From: Trichoplax adhaerens
Lineage: Eukaryota > Animalia > Placozoa
Assembly (NCBI RefSeq): GCF_000150275.1
Contig: NW_002060946.1
Location: 1,817,454-1,881,453 of the forward strand
DNA length: 64,000 nucleotides
Direction of reading: 5' to 3'
Below the pieces are notes generated by a model. The model saw nothing but the letters and a program-made list of their open reading frames with translations, was not told the origin of the DNA and did not search any database. The translations under genes were made by a program, and so were the position numbers. Position 1 is the first letter of the stretch; every line of letters begins with the position of its first letter. Positions 28,701 to 41,200 of this stretch are shown one piece after another.

Positions 28701-31700
28701 GCACATTTAGAAAGACCGAAACCATTTACATTGCCACCCCAGCTCTGATTACAAGTAAAATAAAAAATCTTTTAATTGTAGATACATGACATTGCAACAT
28801 CTAACGTATTTAATAAAATAGATTTTGTGTTTGTTCTTCAGTCGCTAAAATAATTACCTCAGCTAGATACTGCAATCTCGTCAATAAAAATTTGCGCTTT
28901 TCCGATGGCATTCGAGATATAAAATTTGATCTTTTACTACAATCATTTTCAAAAGCGTATAAAAGCTTTCATTAATTTTAAGTTCGTAAATACATTATAA
29001 TTTCTAAACTATATATTGTATAAGAAAATGCATCATATCTTTCACTAATAGCATTCACTATCAGATACTGGCAGGATATTATCATTTATTGTAATAATGG
29101 ACAATAAGGGATGGACACTGTGAATGACTTACCTAAAGACGTATAGCAAATTTAGCGTCGCTAAAATAACGTTCAAGCTAGGTGATGCTAACAATGTTGT
29201 AAGATGCTGAATAGAAACAAAAGCATGATATTAGTTCTGGATAGAAATTTCGATGCAAACAGAACATATAGGCATTTACAGTAGATTGTCTGTATACACT
29301 ACAGAAGTCTGTACATGATTAACAGGTTTAACATACCTCCATAGAATTATAAAGATGCCTAGCATAGGAATGTTCAATTAGTAACGCCGTAAATCGCAAG
29401 ACCTCCACTATTAAATCCTGTAACTGATTCGATAAAAATAAGTTTCGATAGTATCATTGTCAATCTTTAGATGAATACTGTACTTCAATTTATGACCACA
29501 GATAAAATCTGATAACATTATCATTGCAATAATTTAGTAGCTCAGAATTTCGTTATTCGAATTTTTACTTTATAATTGCACAAATTTTAATTACCTTCCC
29601 CCCTTCTTGTAAAGAGGTGCTAAGATACTGCCACTGATCCATCCCTTCTGGTGGTTTAGCGGCTAATTCAAGAATGTGATCAAATCTGTCTAGCACATCT
29701 ACCCAGTGGTATAATTCGCTCTAAATAACAAAACATTTGAACAATAAATTGTCGTTAATAGGATCGTATAATAGAATTACTTTGAGTAAAAGTTTCATAT
29801 GACTAACACATCATACTATACATATACAGCACACTAGTGTGCTTATTTTAGTCGTTAAGCAACCATGCTTAATTAATGAACTATTTTACCCGTCAACGAT
29901 TGTAATGTAGCATATTACTTACTTTTCCGAATGTCCAATTGCTGATTGACTTCAATATTTTAACAAGTTCGTTGGAATCCGGACATGACAAAATCTGCTT
30001 TATTAGCAAATTGCATTCCATAGGCTGGTAAAGACAAGAAATATATAATATTACGATAAAAATTTCATGGTAACATTGGTTAAGACTTCATCTTGAATTG
30101 AAACTTTGTTCAAAGAAACTGGATAAAGTAATCCATGTAATTTTATATATTCAATCCACGTTTTATGTACTATGTCTTTCTATTAAAAAAGAATACAGTA
30201 CAGTAATTTAATCACAAAATTTGTTCAAAAGAACAGATTGGCTACAGCTTTTTGACTAGATAAATCATTGATGATACTAGAGTTTCGTTCCCTACGATCC
30301 AAATAGTAGTACGTAGCTCGTACTGTATTTAGAAACTTAGTATTCTAACAAAGTAGATGTTAATAATGATTTGAGGGGGTAGATAACTTTCAGAACGTTA
30401 ATGCTATTTGAAATTAGAATCATATCAAATAAAGGAATAGTTAGAAATTAATTGCATTTTGAAAGTCTACTTTTACAATTTAGAGCCACGCGTATAATAA
30501 ACGTTCATTTAGTATGAGTTTATTGCTGCAACCTGTAAGTAGTGACTACGTCATGCAGGCATCATGTAACTATATATAAATACCGTACAAAAAGCATTGT
30601 AATATCTCTACATATAATACTGTAAATTGTGGATTTCAAGATATTCTAAATGGCTTGGTACACAAAGTACTATCGTAATTATTAAGTGGCATCGAGTGTA
30701 CAGAAATAAAACTTATTCATATCGTATATCTAGCATGCCATGATACTGTAGATGTATAGAATACGTATCGATGTATTGGTGTCCTACGGTATTTCATACT
30801 AGTAGAACTTGAAGATAAATGCATTAGAGAACAATCGATGCAATTACTATCGCTACAAGTATGGTACCGAAGATTGTTGCTTTTCGTATTTTAGCATACA
30901 GTAGTAGTAAAAAATGAACGACGGTGACAACTTGAAGCAAAACTATCTGGATGATGGATTAAAGTCACTAACGGTTTACATGATGAACAACAATTTTTTC
31001 CGAAATAACTTTTCTGATCATATTGAAAGTGAAGTGATGTCTTTAAGACGACTAAACAATCAATCTCATCATGACTATTCCAATATCAATCATCTGCAAT
31101 AAGAAAATTGATTCTGAGAAAGCACGTCAATCAAGCACAACCAATGCCCACAGGATCATCAAGCATCAAGGTGTCAAATGGCCCAGCTCAACATACTCTC
31201 TATCTACTGTAGGTTTATTGTTCGACGTACGATAGCAACATGATCGCAATTGTCCACCATATTATCCTCACACTGTCCACGGAAAAGAGATTAGAAAGCT
31301 ATGACTCAGCAATACACATTTAAAACATGTGTTACGTCCCAGTATGGATTATAGTCCGCTATTGATATCAGCATAGCTACTTCAATATCAGAAATGAGAG
31401 TTCAAAGAGAAAACTACACAAACTAAACGCATTGCGTTGCTATCTTATTCTAACTTTATTTGGTTCAATCCTATCTAAAAATGGATTCGCATTATGTCAT
31501 AACCAGGCAGCGCGGTAGTACTGTCTACTATCCCCTGTACTGGCAGTTGTACCGTAAAATCCAACTATAGTACAGTATCATTCACAAAGTGCAGTTGCGT
31601 ATACAGTGCAATACGGTACTAGTATCATACAGTATGGTGACGGCAGTATGAAGGAAAACTCAAGCAATAGCATACTGCTATCCACAGCCGACTTATGATC

Positions 31701-33682
31701 TATTTGGTTATATATTATATTATTATGGTTGATGGAACATGGATATGACTTTAATTTCTATTTCATTAACACTCCTATAATCGATTACCAATATCACTGT
31801 TATGATTGAGAAGTAAAATCCCGGCAAGAATTTGGAAAAAGAATAGCAAACAATTCAAATTTACAGGACAGTACTATACAGTATGCATTATCGTTATGGA
31901 CAAATGCTGATGCTAATTTTGAAGAACAAATTTCAGCGCTGAAAGAGAAATAACTTGAAAGTAATAACCACAGTAGGATGTATCGTACTAGAAAACAAGA
32001 GCTAGTTAACAATTATTGACTACGCTCATTCACTCAGTTCAAGAAAGAGTAATTCTGGGGTAAAAGTGCCTTGACATTCATTTCTTACTATCATGACTGC
32101 TATGGCTGGATCAATAAAGAACAAAGTACCGCATTATGATTTGTAGGAGTACTATACAATCATCGTTGGCTATACAGTACAGCCAAATGTAATCGATCAC
32201 AATACGGTATAAGAGAGATTGAATCATGATATGAAGCAATACCCTGTAGTGTAGAGTGCAGTATAAAGTACAGAGTCATCATTTTCCGATCGATACTAGA
32301 AATTGATGATTGAAATTTTTCAATCGACAATGCATATTTGGTGGTGATAGATTTGGATGAGTTTGTAGCAATTCAAGTCTTTGATACAGAACTAGTTGAC
32401 TACTCTACTTTATTCTATTGCGTACAACACTGCAGAACTGGAAGTGCGCGCTTCGATATTATTAACGGGTACATCAATCGGGAAATAAAATTCTGACCAT
32501 GGAGTTTCATATCATGGATAGTCATCGTACTGTAGATAGGATCAGTTCGTAAATCACTCTTGACGCTTAAACTATCTAAAAAAAGGAATGTCATACGGGG
32601 AGTTATTTGATTCTATTTGAACTCGTCAAGTAACAAGCAATCTCTTCAATCTAATTCGTAAGGGATAGACGCCAAATTCATACCAAAGCTGATGTTGACT
32701 GTATACAGTAGTCGGTAGTAAGCAATACAGTTCTCCAATAACCTGCATATCGAATCCATGAATACAGTACGGTACTACAATGGCACCATAAAGGTGGCGT
32801 AGATAAAAAAAAAAAAACCCCATTGATTATGTGCATTAGTCACATTGTGAGTCATGTACAGGTTATTAAAAAAAAAACCGCTTGAAGTTTCTTCCCAGAT
32901 AATTTGAAAAAGAAGCAGATCCAGCCCATTACAGGAATTGCGTAAGTTGCAAAGATACTTTATCCCTTTGATCCAGGAAGTGAATGGACCCCAATCATTG
33001 TAGAAAGATCTGGCTAGGTAGAATCGGGGGCCCCATTTACAGTCAATCCTATCATTTTGCACGACATGCAAATAGTTTTATAACCGTACAATAGGCTTGA
33101 AGACACATGTTTGCGCGCTTCATTGTGCTGTAGGATGAGGAATTGAGCTACATCGATCAAGCTGATCGACTTGGGTATATCAAGTCCTCCAATGCTGTGC
33201 TGTCCATGATTGAAAAATAGCTTATCGAATCTTCCAGGCAATGACATATTTAGTACATTAGAAGAATGTACTAACGTCGGTCATTCCACCATATCTTCTA
33301 TACAGTAGTATACTGTACAATAATACTAACCTTTATGTTGTATTGTGATAATAATACTATTCTTTAGCTTGTACCGTAGAACAGCTTTGTGCAAGAATGG
33401 ACAAACTAATGACAAGTATCCTAGTACTGCATCATCAACTTGAAAATGAATTGATTGCGTAGTATGTAGATCCATGGATTCTTGCCGACAGCGATGTCGT
33501 AATCCATGTGTATCGCCGAACGCAAATCACATCACCCATTACGCTACAGTCAGCTAATCATGGCCAACTGGACAAGTACAATTCTGTACAATCTTTGAAT
33601 ACTTGTCGAACTAGTGTATTTATTTATGAATACATACCACGTCGGACGTGCTCTTTCGCAATTTATTTCGTTCAATTTTCAT
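13764..33682 (-). CDS. HUWE1: E3 ubiquitin-protein ligase HUWE1 (ARM repeats, UBA, UIM-like, WWE, UBMs, HECT), >30 exons
   Basis: Exon 1 (33638-33682) [15 protein letters not shown] splices to [15 protein letters not shown]|[14 protein letters not shown], matching the HUWE1 N-terminus. Also: UBA LLDMGFS (~23400); [13 protein letters not shown]; [38 protein letters not shown] (~21860-22225); [24 protein letters not shown]; [19 protein letters not shown]...AHTCFNQLDLP..EGFGLV* (stop 13764-13766). Confidence 0.97.
19660..19750 (-). repeat. Coding trinucleotide (GAT/GAC/GAA) repeat encoding a poly-Asp/Glu tract in HUWE1
   Basis: Plus strand (TCA/TCG/TCT)n; minus-strand translation [28 protein letters not shown]. 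Confidence 0.85.
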
Positions 33683-33821
33683 CTTTTAGGGCTTTTTCTT
33701 TGTTAAGACATTACTATTTGCATCTGAGATATATCCAGAATTTTACAAAGTAACCAACGATAGGATACAAACAAGTTCTATATCATGGATAACGAATGAG
33801 GCAATGTCTTTCTTTTCGTCA

Positions 33822-33990
33822 CCTACAGTACAGTACAGTACGAATTGTGACTAGCTGCCTACAGTACAGTACTGTACGTACTGTATTGTGACTAGCTGCT
33901 TACAGTACAGTACAGTACTGTACGTACAGTATTCTGACTAGCTGCCTACAGTACAGTACAGTACAGTACAGTGTACAGTGTACAGTGCAG
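33822..33990. repeat. (CAGTA)n pentamer arrays in three ~40-50-bp units just upstream of the HUWE1 start codon
   Basis: TGACTAGCTGC(C/T)TACAGTACAGTA occurs three times (~33848, 33889, 33935), followed by (CAGTA)n and CAGTGTA repeats. Confidence 0.85.
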
Positions 33991-34499
33991 GAGAATACAA
34001 TGCATCGATTGTACTGTCCATTGTGCACTGTACAGTGTACAGCATGACAGTGCATACCCATGGACTACTAGCAAAACCTAGTCATTCTAGGAGTCCATGC
34101 CATACCATACAGTACTGTACAGTCTTTTTAACCTAGCCTTAGCATAGAAGAGCACAACACTGCATTTTTACTAATTTGTTAGTAATCACGTGTAGCATGA
34201 CGCGTGCGTTCATCGTCCTGATCATGGAATACAGTACGTCAGCCGCAACAACGACTTGACCATTTCTAGCATATTGGATAAGTGTTCTTTTGGGCGATCC
34301 AATAGCCCTAGCCAGTCTTTCTGTAACCGATATTGATATTAGCTGATCAAGGCATGTGACTACTGCAGTGTTTTCCATGGATTACTAAGAAAAAAGTTGT
34401 GTACAAGTAGTACCATGGTACATAGTACAGAGTCACGACGAACGACTACTGAAGAGCGACTTGAGTAGTAAAGGTTGATCGTTCTTAGTCCTTGCTCTG

Positions 34500-34760
34500 C
34501 TGACTCACTTTACCAGTACTGTATTTGCAAACTCAAAGACGATCCAACGATATGACACGCCAGTGATTGTTAACCTGGGCCCACAAGGGGGGGGGGGTAG
34601 GGGGCCGCTGCAGATTTTGGAGGCAATGGGAGGGAGATGCAGACTCGGATGCAATCTACTTTCTCTACAGACAGAAATAGAAGTAAGGTGCAATAGCTTT
34701 TAGCTTTTATGACCATTGCTGTCGTAGGCCATCCATCGGTAAAGGTTAGTTAACTAACAA
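34500..34760. promoter_or_regulatory. Probable bidirectional promoter between HUWE1 and UPF2
   Basis: The divergent ATGs are only ~1.6 kb apart. A local GC-rich island contains a long G run (~34587-34604). Outward-facing donor sites: minus AAA|GTGAGT at ~34509, plus AAG|GTTAGT at ~34743. Confidence 0.45.
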
Positions 34761-35259
34761 ACCACTGACGTCAGGATTGGAAGTGGAATTGTCACACGTG
34801 TCGGTCAGTCCTTCAAATTCTATACTGTAGTATACAATCGGATTATTTTCCATGTCTCACCTTGGTTCAAAAATCCAAGTTGTACATTGTGTGTACAAGT
34901 GAGTACAGTATGATTCAGTCAATGGTGGTACTCTACCGTATCATACCGTGGACCCAATTGGTCAGTGAATTGACTGCTGGTGTAGTCCATGTTTGGACCA
35001 CTATCGTAAAGGACAACCTACAAAATGGTCCCATATAGTCCACGACGGTACCGTCCTCATGTGACTGGGATACTGTATGTTGACTGGACTACGTGTCCAT
35101 CAAGTGACTGAGTTGACATGGTGCAACAGTTCCAGTAATGACGTACGGTACAGTAACACGACCGTTTACATGTCACAGCCTTGGCAACTTCAACCTCTCC
35201 TGCTACTTCAACCAGGCCAAGCGCGTTCCATTGAATGCTAGTCTCTGCAAATTTTCAAA

Positions 35260-38200
35260 ATGGATCATAAAGGCAAGAAAAGCAGCCATCAACAGTCATT
35301 GCAGCTTGATTCTGCCAAGATAGATAAATGCACTGATGATAGGTAATGGTCATATTATAGCAGAAGTTCAATTGTAATTTCATAGTTCACTTTTAGCCTT
35401 GTTTAAAGATCGAAAATGAGCATTCAATACAACCTTTCCTACCAATGATTGGACTTGTTCAATCCGTAGTAAGCGTACTTAATGGACCCTATTGACACAG
35501 TAGGATGTCAAATGGTCCTCCATTTGATAGCATAAGGATATCAATGACGACTTCAGAATTTATATTCCAATTTTAGTTGCATGTTGACTTGATTATTACA
35601 AGCATTAACTTAACTAAATAGTAGTAAAAGAATTCGTAAGGGAAATGCCGCCTTGGACGGTACTGTCCTACTAAATCACCTTGTATCGAGGAAAAGGCAA
35701 TCACCCTATCACTGAGTTGCAACCACATTCTTCAATAAGCCTTATTAGTGACTACACAAAATGACCTAATCCTATTTCATTGAATGAATAGCTCAACAGT
35801 TACAGTAATGACAAATACATTATCATTATTAAGAAAGAGAATAGCTTTGACTAGCCAATGTCTACCTAACTTGTGTTACTAAATACTAAGACTACTCACT
35901 ATTTGATGATGGATAGCTATAAACGGGCTCATAATGAAGCCAAGAATGATATTAAAGATGAAAATGATGAAGCTACAAGCCAAAAAGACGAGGTATTTCT
36001 ATCACAATAGAGTATATCAATTTTCTATTAAGGTACAATAGCAATAAATACACCAATTTGGCTAACTGATGACAATCATGGTTTGATCTTTTCCATTACA
36101 TTTTGTGCTGCTATGATTGACATCAAGTACTTGCAGCCATTGAATAAAGATGGATAGACATACTCACTACGCGTACTCGACAGTCACTACAAGTTTACTC
36201 TATTTTTTATCATACTTGTACTCTTTATTCATGATAGCCTGCAGACCAGCAAGCACAAACTACTGACTCCAATCTAACGGATGAAAACGAAGAGAATAAG
36301 AAAGTAGACGAAGTAAGTCTTCACTCAAAACATGGACTTAGAGGTCTATCTAATTTAGTTCAAGTAAATTAGTGAAGTTGACCAAACTAGCCGATCTCTA
36401 TCTCAGTACCACTGCTGTACTAACACAGTTTATCATACAGCACAATCACCATTAAACTCTTTATTTAGTGATGACTTGGTATAAGTGCAGCCTACTACGT
36501 CACTCTACCCAAAAATAAATAATACTGCTTTCAATGCGTGCTTATACAATAGGCAAAGTTGAACATTACATGTAGTTTAAATTGAAACAGTATTTCAAAG
36601 TCTCATGGCAGCTTGAAAAAATAAACCTGGGATCACTCATGTTCCTAAATTGTTACAAATAAATTAACCAGTCATTGCTCAATAAAGTTAAAAATTGAGA
36701 TATTATGTACCTTAGAAAAAAGTTTCGCAATTCAATTAAACCAATTTAACCCTCCTCCATGACATCTTTAAATGTCTGCATTTTCCTAATCATATATATA
36801 TATATATTTAAAATATTTTACTATTGATACAACATAGAATGGTAGTCAGTTACATAGACTTTCTAGCTTGTACGATTCGTCGGATTAACAGTGATGGATA
36901 TCGCAATCAATCTTTTGTTTTGTAGCAACGTGCTATGCAGCTGGTAAACGAAATCCAGCAAAAGTTAGAATCTAAAATTGCTCAGAGAGAGGAAAATATC
37001 AAGTTAGCAGGTTGGATTATCTATATGATACAAATAAAATGAAAAAGTTTACATTGGTTTAGCATATATTACTATTGTTTACTATTTCCATTAAACTTTT
37101 CAATGATTGTTATCGATCTAATAGGCATAGATAGGTTACTATTTACAACGATAATATATCAAAGAGTGATGACATCCTTTAACAATTGACCACAACTTAT
37201 ATTGTAATGTTATGTAGCTTCAGTACTTACCAAATTAACTGTAACGATTTTTCCCCAATCAATACTAAGCCACCTAATGTAACATATACAAGACATGAAT
37301 TTAGCCAAGTATAGCTAGCTTTTATTAATGATGGTTGCAAACTAGTAAGATTTTTATTACTAAATATACATATATGCACTATTTTTTTAGCTAGTAGACC
37401 AGAAGAGTCTTTCTTTCGATCGCTGGATTCTAGTGTAAAAAGAAATACAACCTTCGTTAAAAAACTGGTTTGTAAATCAATTCTATCTTAAATACTATAG
37501 CCTTTTGTAATGAAAGAAATCCTTGTAACTGTACCGTCCAAGCGCGTCAATCATGCTAAACACTAATGAAGAATATCTAAAATACATTGCACACCATTGT
37601 ATCACTTAGCTTTTCGTCTTTATTTTTAAATTAGCGCACACTTAGTGATCAGCAACGTGACTCTATCTTTAAAGATGCACAATCTCTCAATCTCACTAAA
37701 TACGTACCGGAAGTGGTAAGTTACGCTTTCTCATCAACGTTGTAAACTTAAACAATTCTACTCCTACTAACTTCACAAAAATGCGCTAATATGTTAGCAT
37801 AACTTATGATATAATTCTTGGATGTATTTTATTGCTCCTGTAATTATTTTAGGTGTCTGCTATTTTAGAAAGTAAAATGAAGGTCGGTAAAATGAATTAA
37901 ATATACAATAATTATATACTCGTATATTCCTTTTTACTACAGTAGATATATTTTACATTTTCCCGTATAGTATCTAGTGATAATGCAATCAGATCAATAA
38001 CTAAGTAAGGCTTATTAGTATGATCTACACTGCTATCATTTTTAGCTATCCGATGTTTCCTGCGCTATTCAAATTTGTTGTTTGATGCACCAACGTTATT
38101 CTGAATTCGCCACTCTATTGCTGAAAGGAATGCAATCAAGCTTCACCGAAACTAAGGACGATGATAAATCAGTTAAGATCGCTCGCTATCGAGTCACTTT

Positions 38201-41200
38201 ACGACTACTAGGCGAGGTAAATTGCAATCTTTGCCGAGATAGCTTTTAATGTATCCACAGCATAGAGTTTCTATTACTTTGCTTACAGCTGTGTTATGTT
38301 ATTATATAAATTATTTAGCCCATCTTAATAAGCTAAAATTTTTAAATAATCACCTTGAAGCTGATAATTATCGGAGTATTCAATGAAAGTACAAACGGTA
38401 CCGATATCTTACATTCTGCCTTCTCTGGTATAATTACAATTGACAAGGTCAGATTCATAAAAATTATCTATGCAACGCTTAAAGGTCTTTTCAGAATATA
38501 ATTACCCTTTTTCAATGTTACTACAGGCCACCTTTGATTATTTACCGGTAGTAATTAGTTTCTGTCGCCATTTTTGCGAAGACTTTTTTGGAATAACTCC
38601 AAGAAAGAACCGGTATGTTTATAGACATAATATTTTCTATTATCGCACCACTATGTAATCTAATACCCTGTCTACTATTTTCGAATACCGAAGGCTGTTA
38701 ATAGAGAAATTCAACTTTCAAGCTCCAGCTAGTAAAGTAAAACATTCATTATACCATTATACCATCTGTGCTATAACATTATTATTCAGTGACGATAAAC
38801 TACTGCATTTAGATCATATCGGACAACAAAAAGAAGCAATTCCGTTTGGTAGTTTTTGATTATCATGCTGCGCTAGTCAAATATCTGGAGAAACAGCATA
38901 AAGAAATACAGAGAATGACACGGCAGAACTTGAAGATATTGCATGTATATCTTTATACTTCATGGTTTATGATCGTACGTTTCTAGAGATTAGCTAATGA
39001 CTTCAAGTATTAAAACCTATCAGACAAAAGGAGAGTTGAATGAAGAAAGAAAGGAAAATTTGGAAAAGTCGAAGAAATCATTTGAGAAATTGCATGTTCA
39101 TACGGGAACAATATCGGTATGTCTATCTATCTGAATGATATTAAAAGATAAAAGGAATTATCCCTTAATTATTAATACTCCTGCTACCTTTTCGAATATT
39201 AGGATATTTTAGACTTAGATATGCCAGATCTTCCTCAAGACGGTACAAGTGACCTATATAAATGCTTTAACACTTAAAATATGTAAAGATAATGAAGCAT
39301 GAAATTGAACGTAAACTGAATATAGAGTGCACATGATATTTTTAGAGCAACTAGAAGAAGCTGAATCTTTCGGAATTTCCCTTTACTGCCCCTTTCCAGC
39401 TTCAGAGGTAATTTTATTAACTTAATTTTTTGGTTGCTTTAAATGGAAATAACTCGAAAATATTGTCACAAATTAAATAAATAGAAATCGATTGCTTTTT
39501 CGTACTAAAAATGCAAATTGTATTTATAGATCATGTAGTAAATAAATATATTTATTTTGCTTTCTGATTAGCTTAATGGTGATTATCTTTGGGAAGATGA
39601 AGAGACTAGATCGTTTTATGAAAATCTAAAGGACTTGAAAACTCTTATGCCAGCGGTAATGGCTATAAATTTAATATATGCATATCAATCTTCCTTCTTA
39701 CGTATATTTCGTCTAGCCTAGTGCAAATTATGCTATCAATCAGATTTTAACTGGTATTTGATCCCTATTTACATCATAAACATATGTCAGATCTTATTCA
39801 AAGAGTCTGAATCTTCAGGAGATACAAGTGCCGAATCAAATGAAGCTAACTTTATCCAAAGTATTGCAACAGGTTCCGTATAATTTCGCACCGATAGTTT
39901 TCAGTACGGTTTTTATTAAAATTGGTACATTAACAGAAAGAAAACATTTCTAAAATTTCAATTGTAATCGATAGACAACATCAAACTAGAAACGATTGAT
40001 GAAATCAGTGAAAGCATTGAAAATTTAGGCATTCAGGATGGTAAACAATTACAGTTATTATATCAATTCAAATATTAACAATTTATAACGAGCGTATAAT
40101 TGTGATACATACTAATATGGTAAATTTTAACCTCACGATAAAAAATTAAATTTGTATCTACAGAGTTGAAAGATAACAACCCAGAAACTTCTGATGAATC
40201 AAAGGTGGACGAATCAATGACTAGTCTTTTCGATACCTATCTGCGCCAACTTGCGACATGTAGAAATCGAGACTTTATTGATGAAGTAAGTTTGTTACCT
40301 TTTTCAAGCTATTAATTATCGATAATGCTAAAAGTTCCTTAATAAATTACAGGCAGCAACAGAATTTATTACTAACTTTAATACAAAAGGCAACAGGAAA
40401 GCCTTAGTACGCTCATTGTTTAATGTTCCAAGGACAAGGTCAGTGTGCTACTGTACTTATTTGTATTTATTTTTAACATTCCTTCATAGCTTGAATAAAT
40501 CATATTTTACGTCAAATCTAATTAATAGACTGGACTTACTACCATTCTATGCAAGATTAGTAGCAACTCTAACTGCATGCTTTTCAGAGATTGGTCCATC
40601 TCTTAATGTAATGCTTATGAAAGATTTTATGTATCGGGTAAGTAACTTGCTATATCCATTTTATCTGTATATATGTACGCATCATTTAATTGACATGTGA
40701 CACCCAAAATAGGTTAGGAAAAAAGATCAGATACATCTGGAAGAAAAGATAAAGGCTGCCCGTTTTATCGGTATAGCATGTTGTATCTATGATATTTTTC
40801 TTGTATCAAAACCAAATAGCTTCACCATGATAAAAAGACCTTATCAATGTTTAAATAAAAGTGTAGTAATCGATATCAGTGATTGCTTTACCACATATAT
40901 TCGTAATGTTTGTAATAGGTGAATTAACAAAGTTTAGAATCATTTCTAAGGATGAAGCCCTACTATGTTTGAAAGTATATAAAATTAATTTTTATGATAA
41001 AGTGAAAACTGCTCTCTATCTACCTTGTCAAATCCTTTTCAACAAACTATGGTACATATATTCTAGCACTTGCTTTCGGTATAACACCTATGAAATGGTT
41101 TTTATTTAGGTGGCTTTAAATAATTTTACTCACCATGTTATTGATATGGCCTGCTGTTTACTGGAAACTTGTGGACGCTTTCTCTTGCGAAATCCTGATT

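Noticed and set aside
34471-34490. KVDRS-like peptide resembling the HUWE1 N-terminus
   Set aside because: Wrong strand and immediately followed by a stop. The true exon 1 is at 33638-33682.
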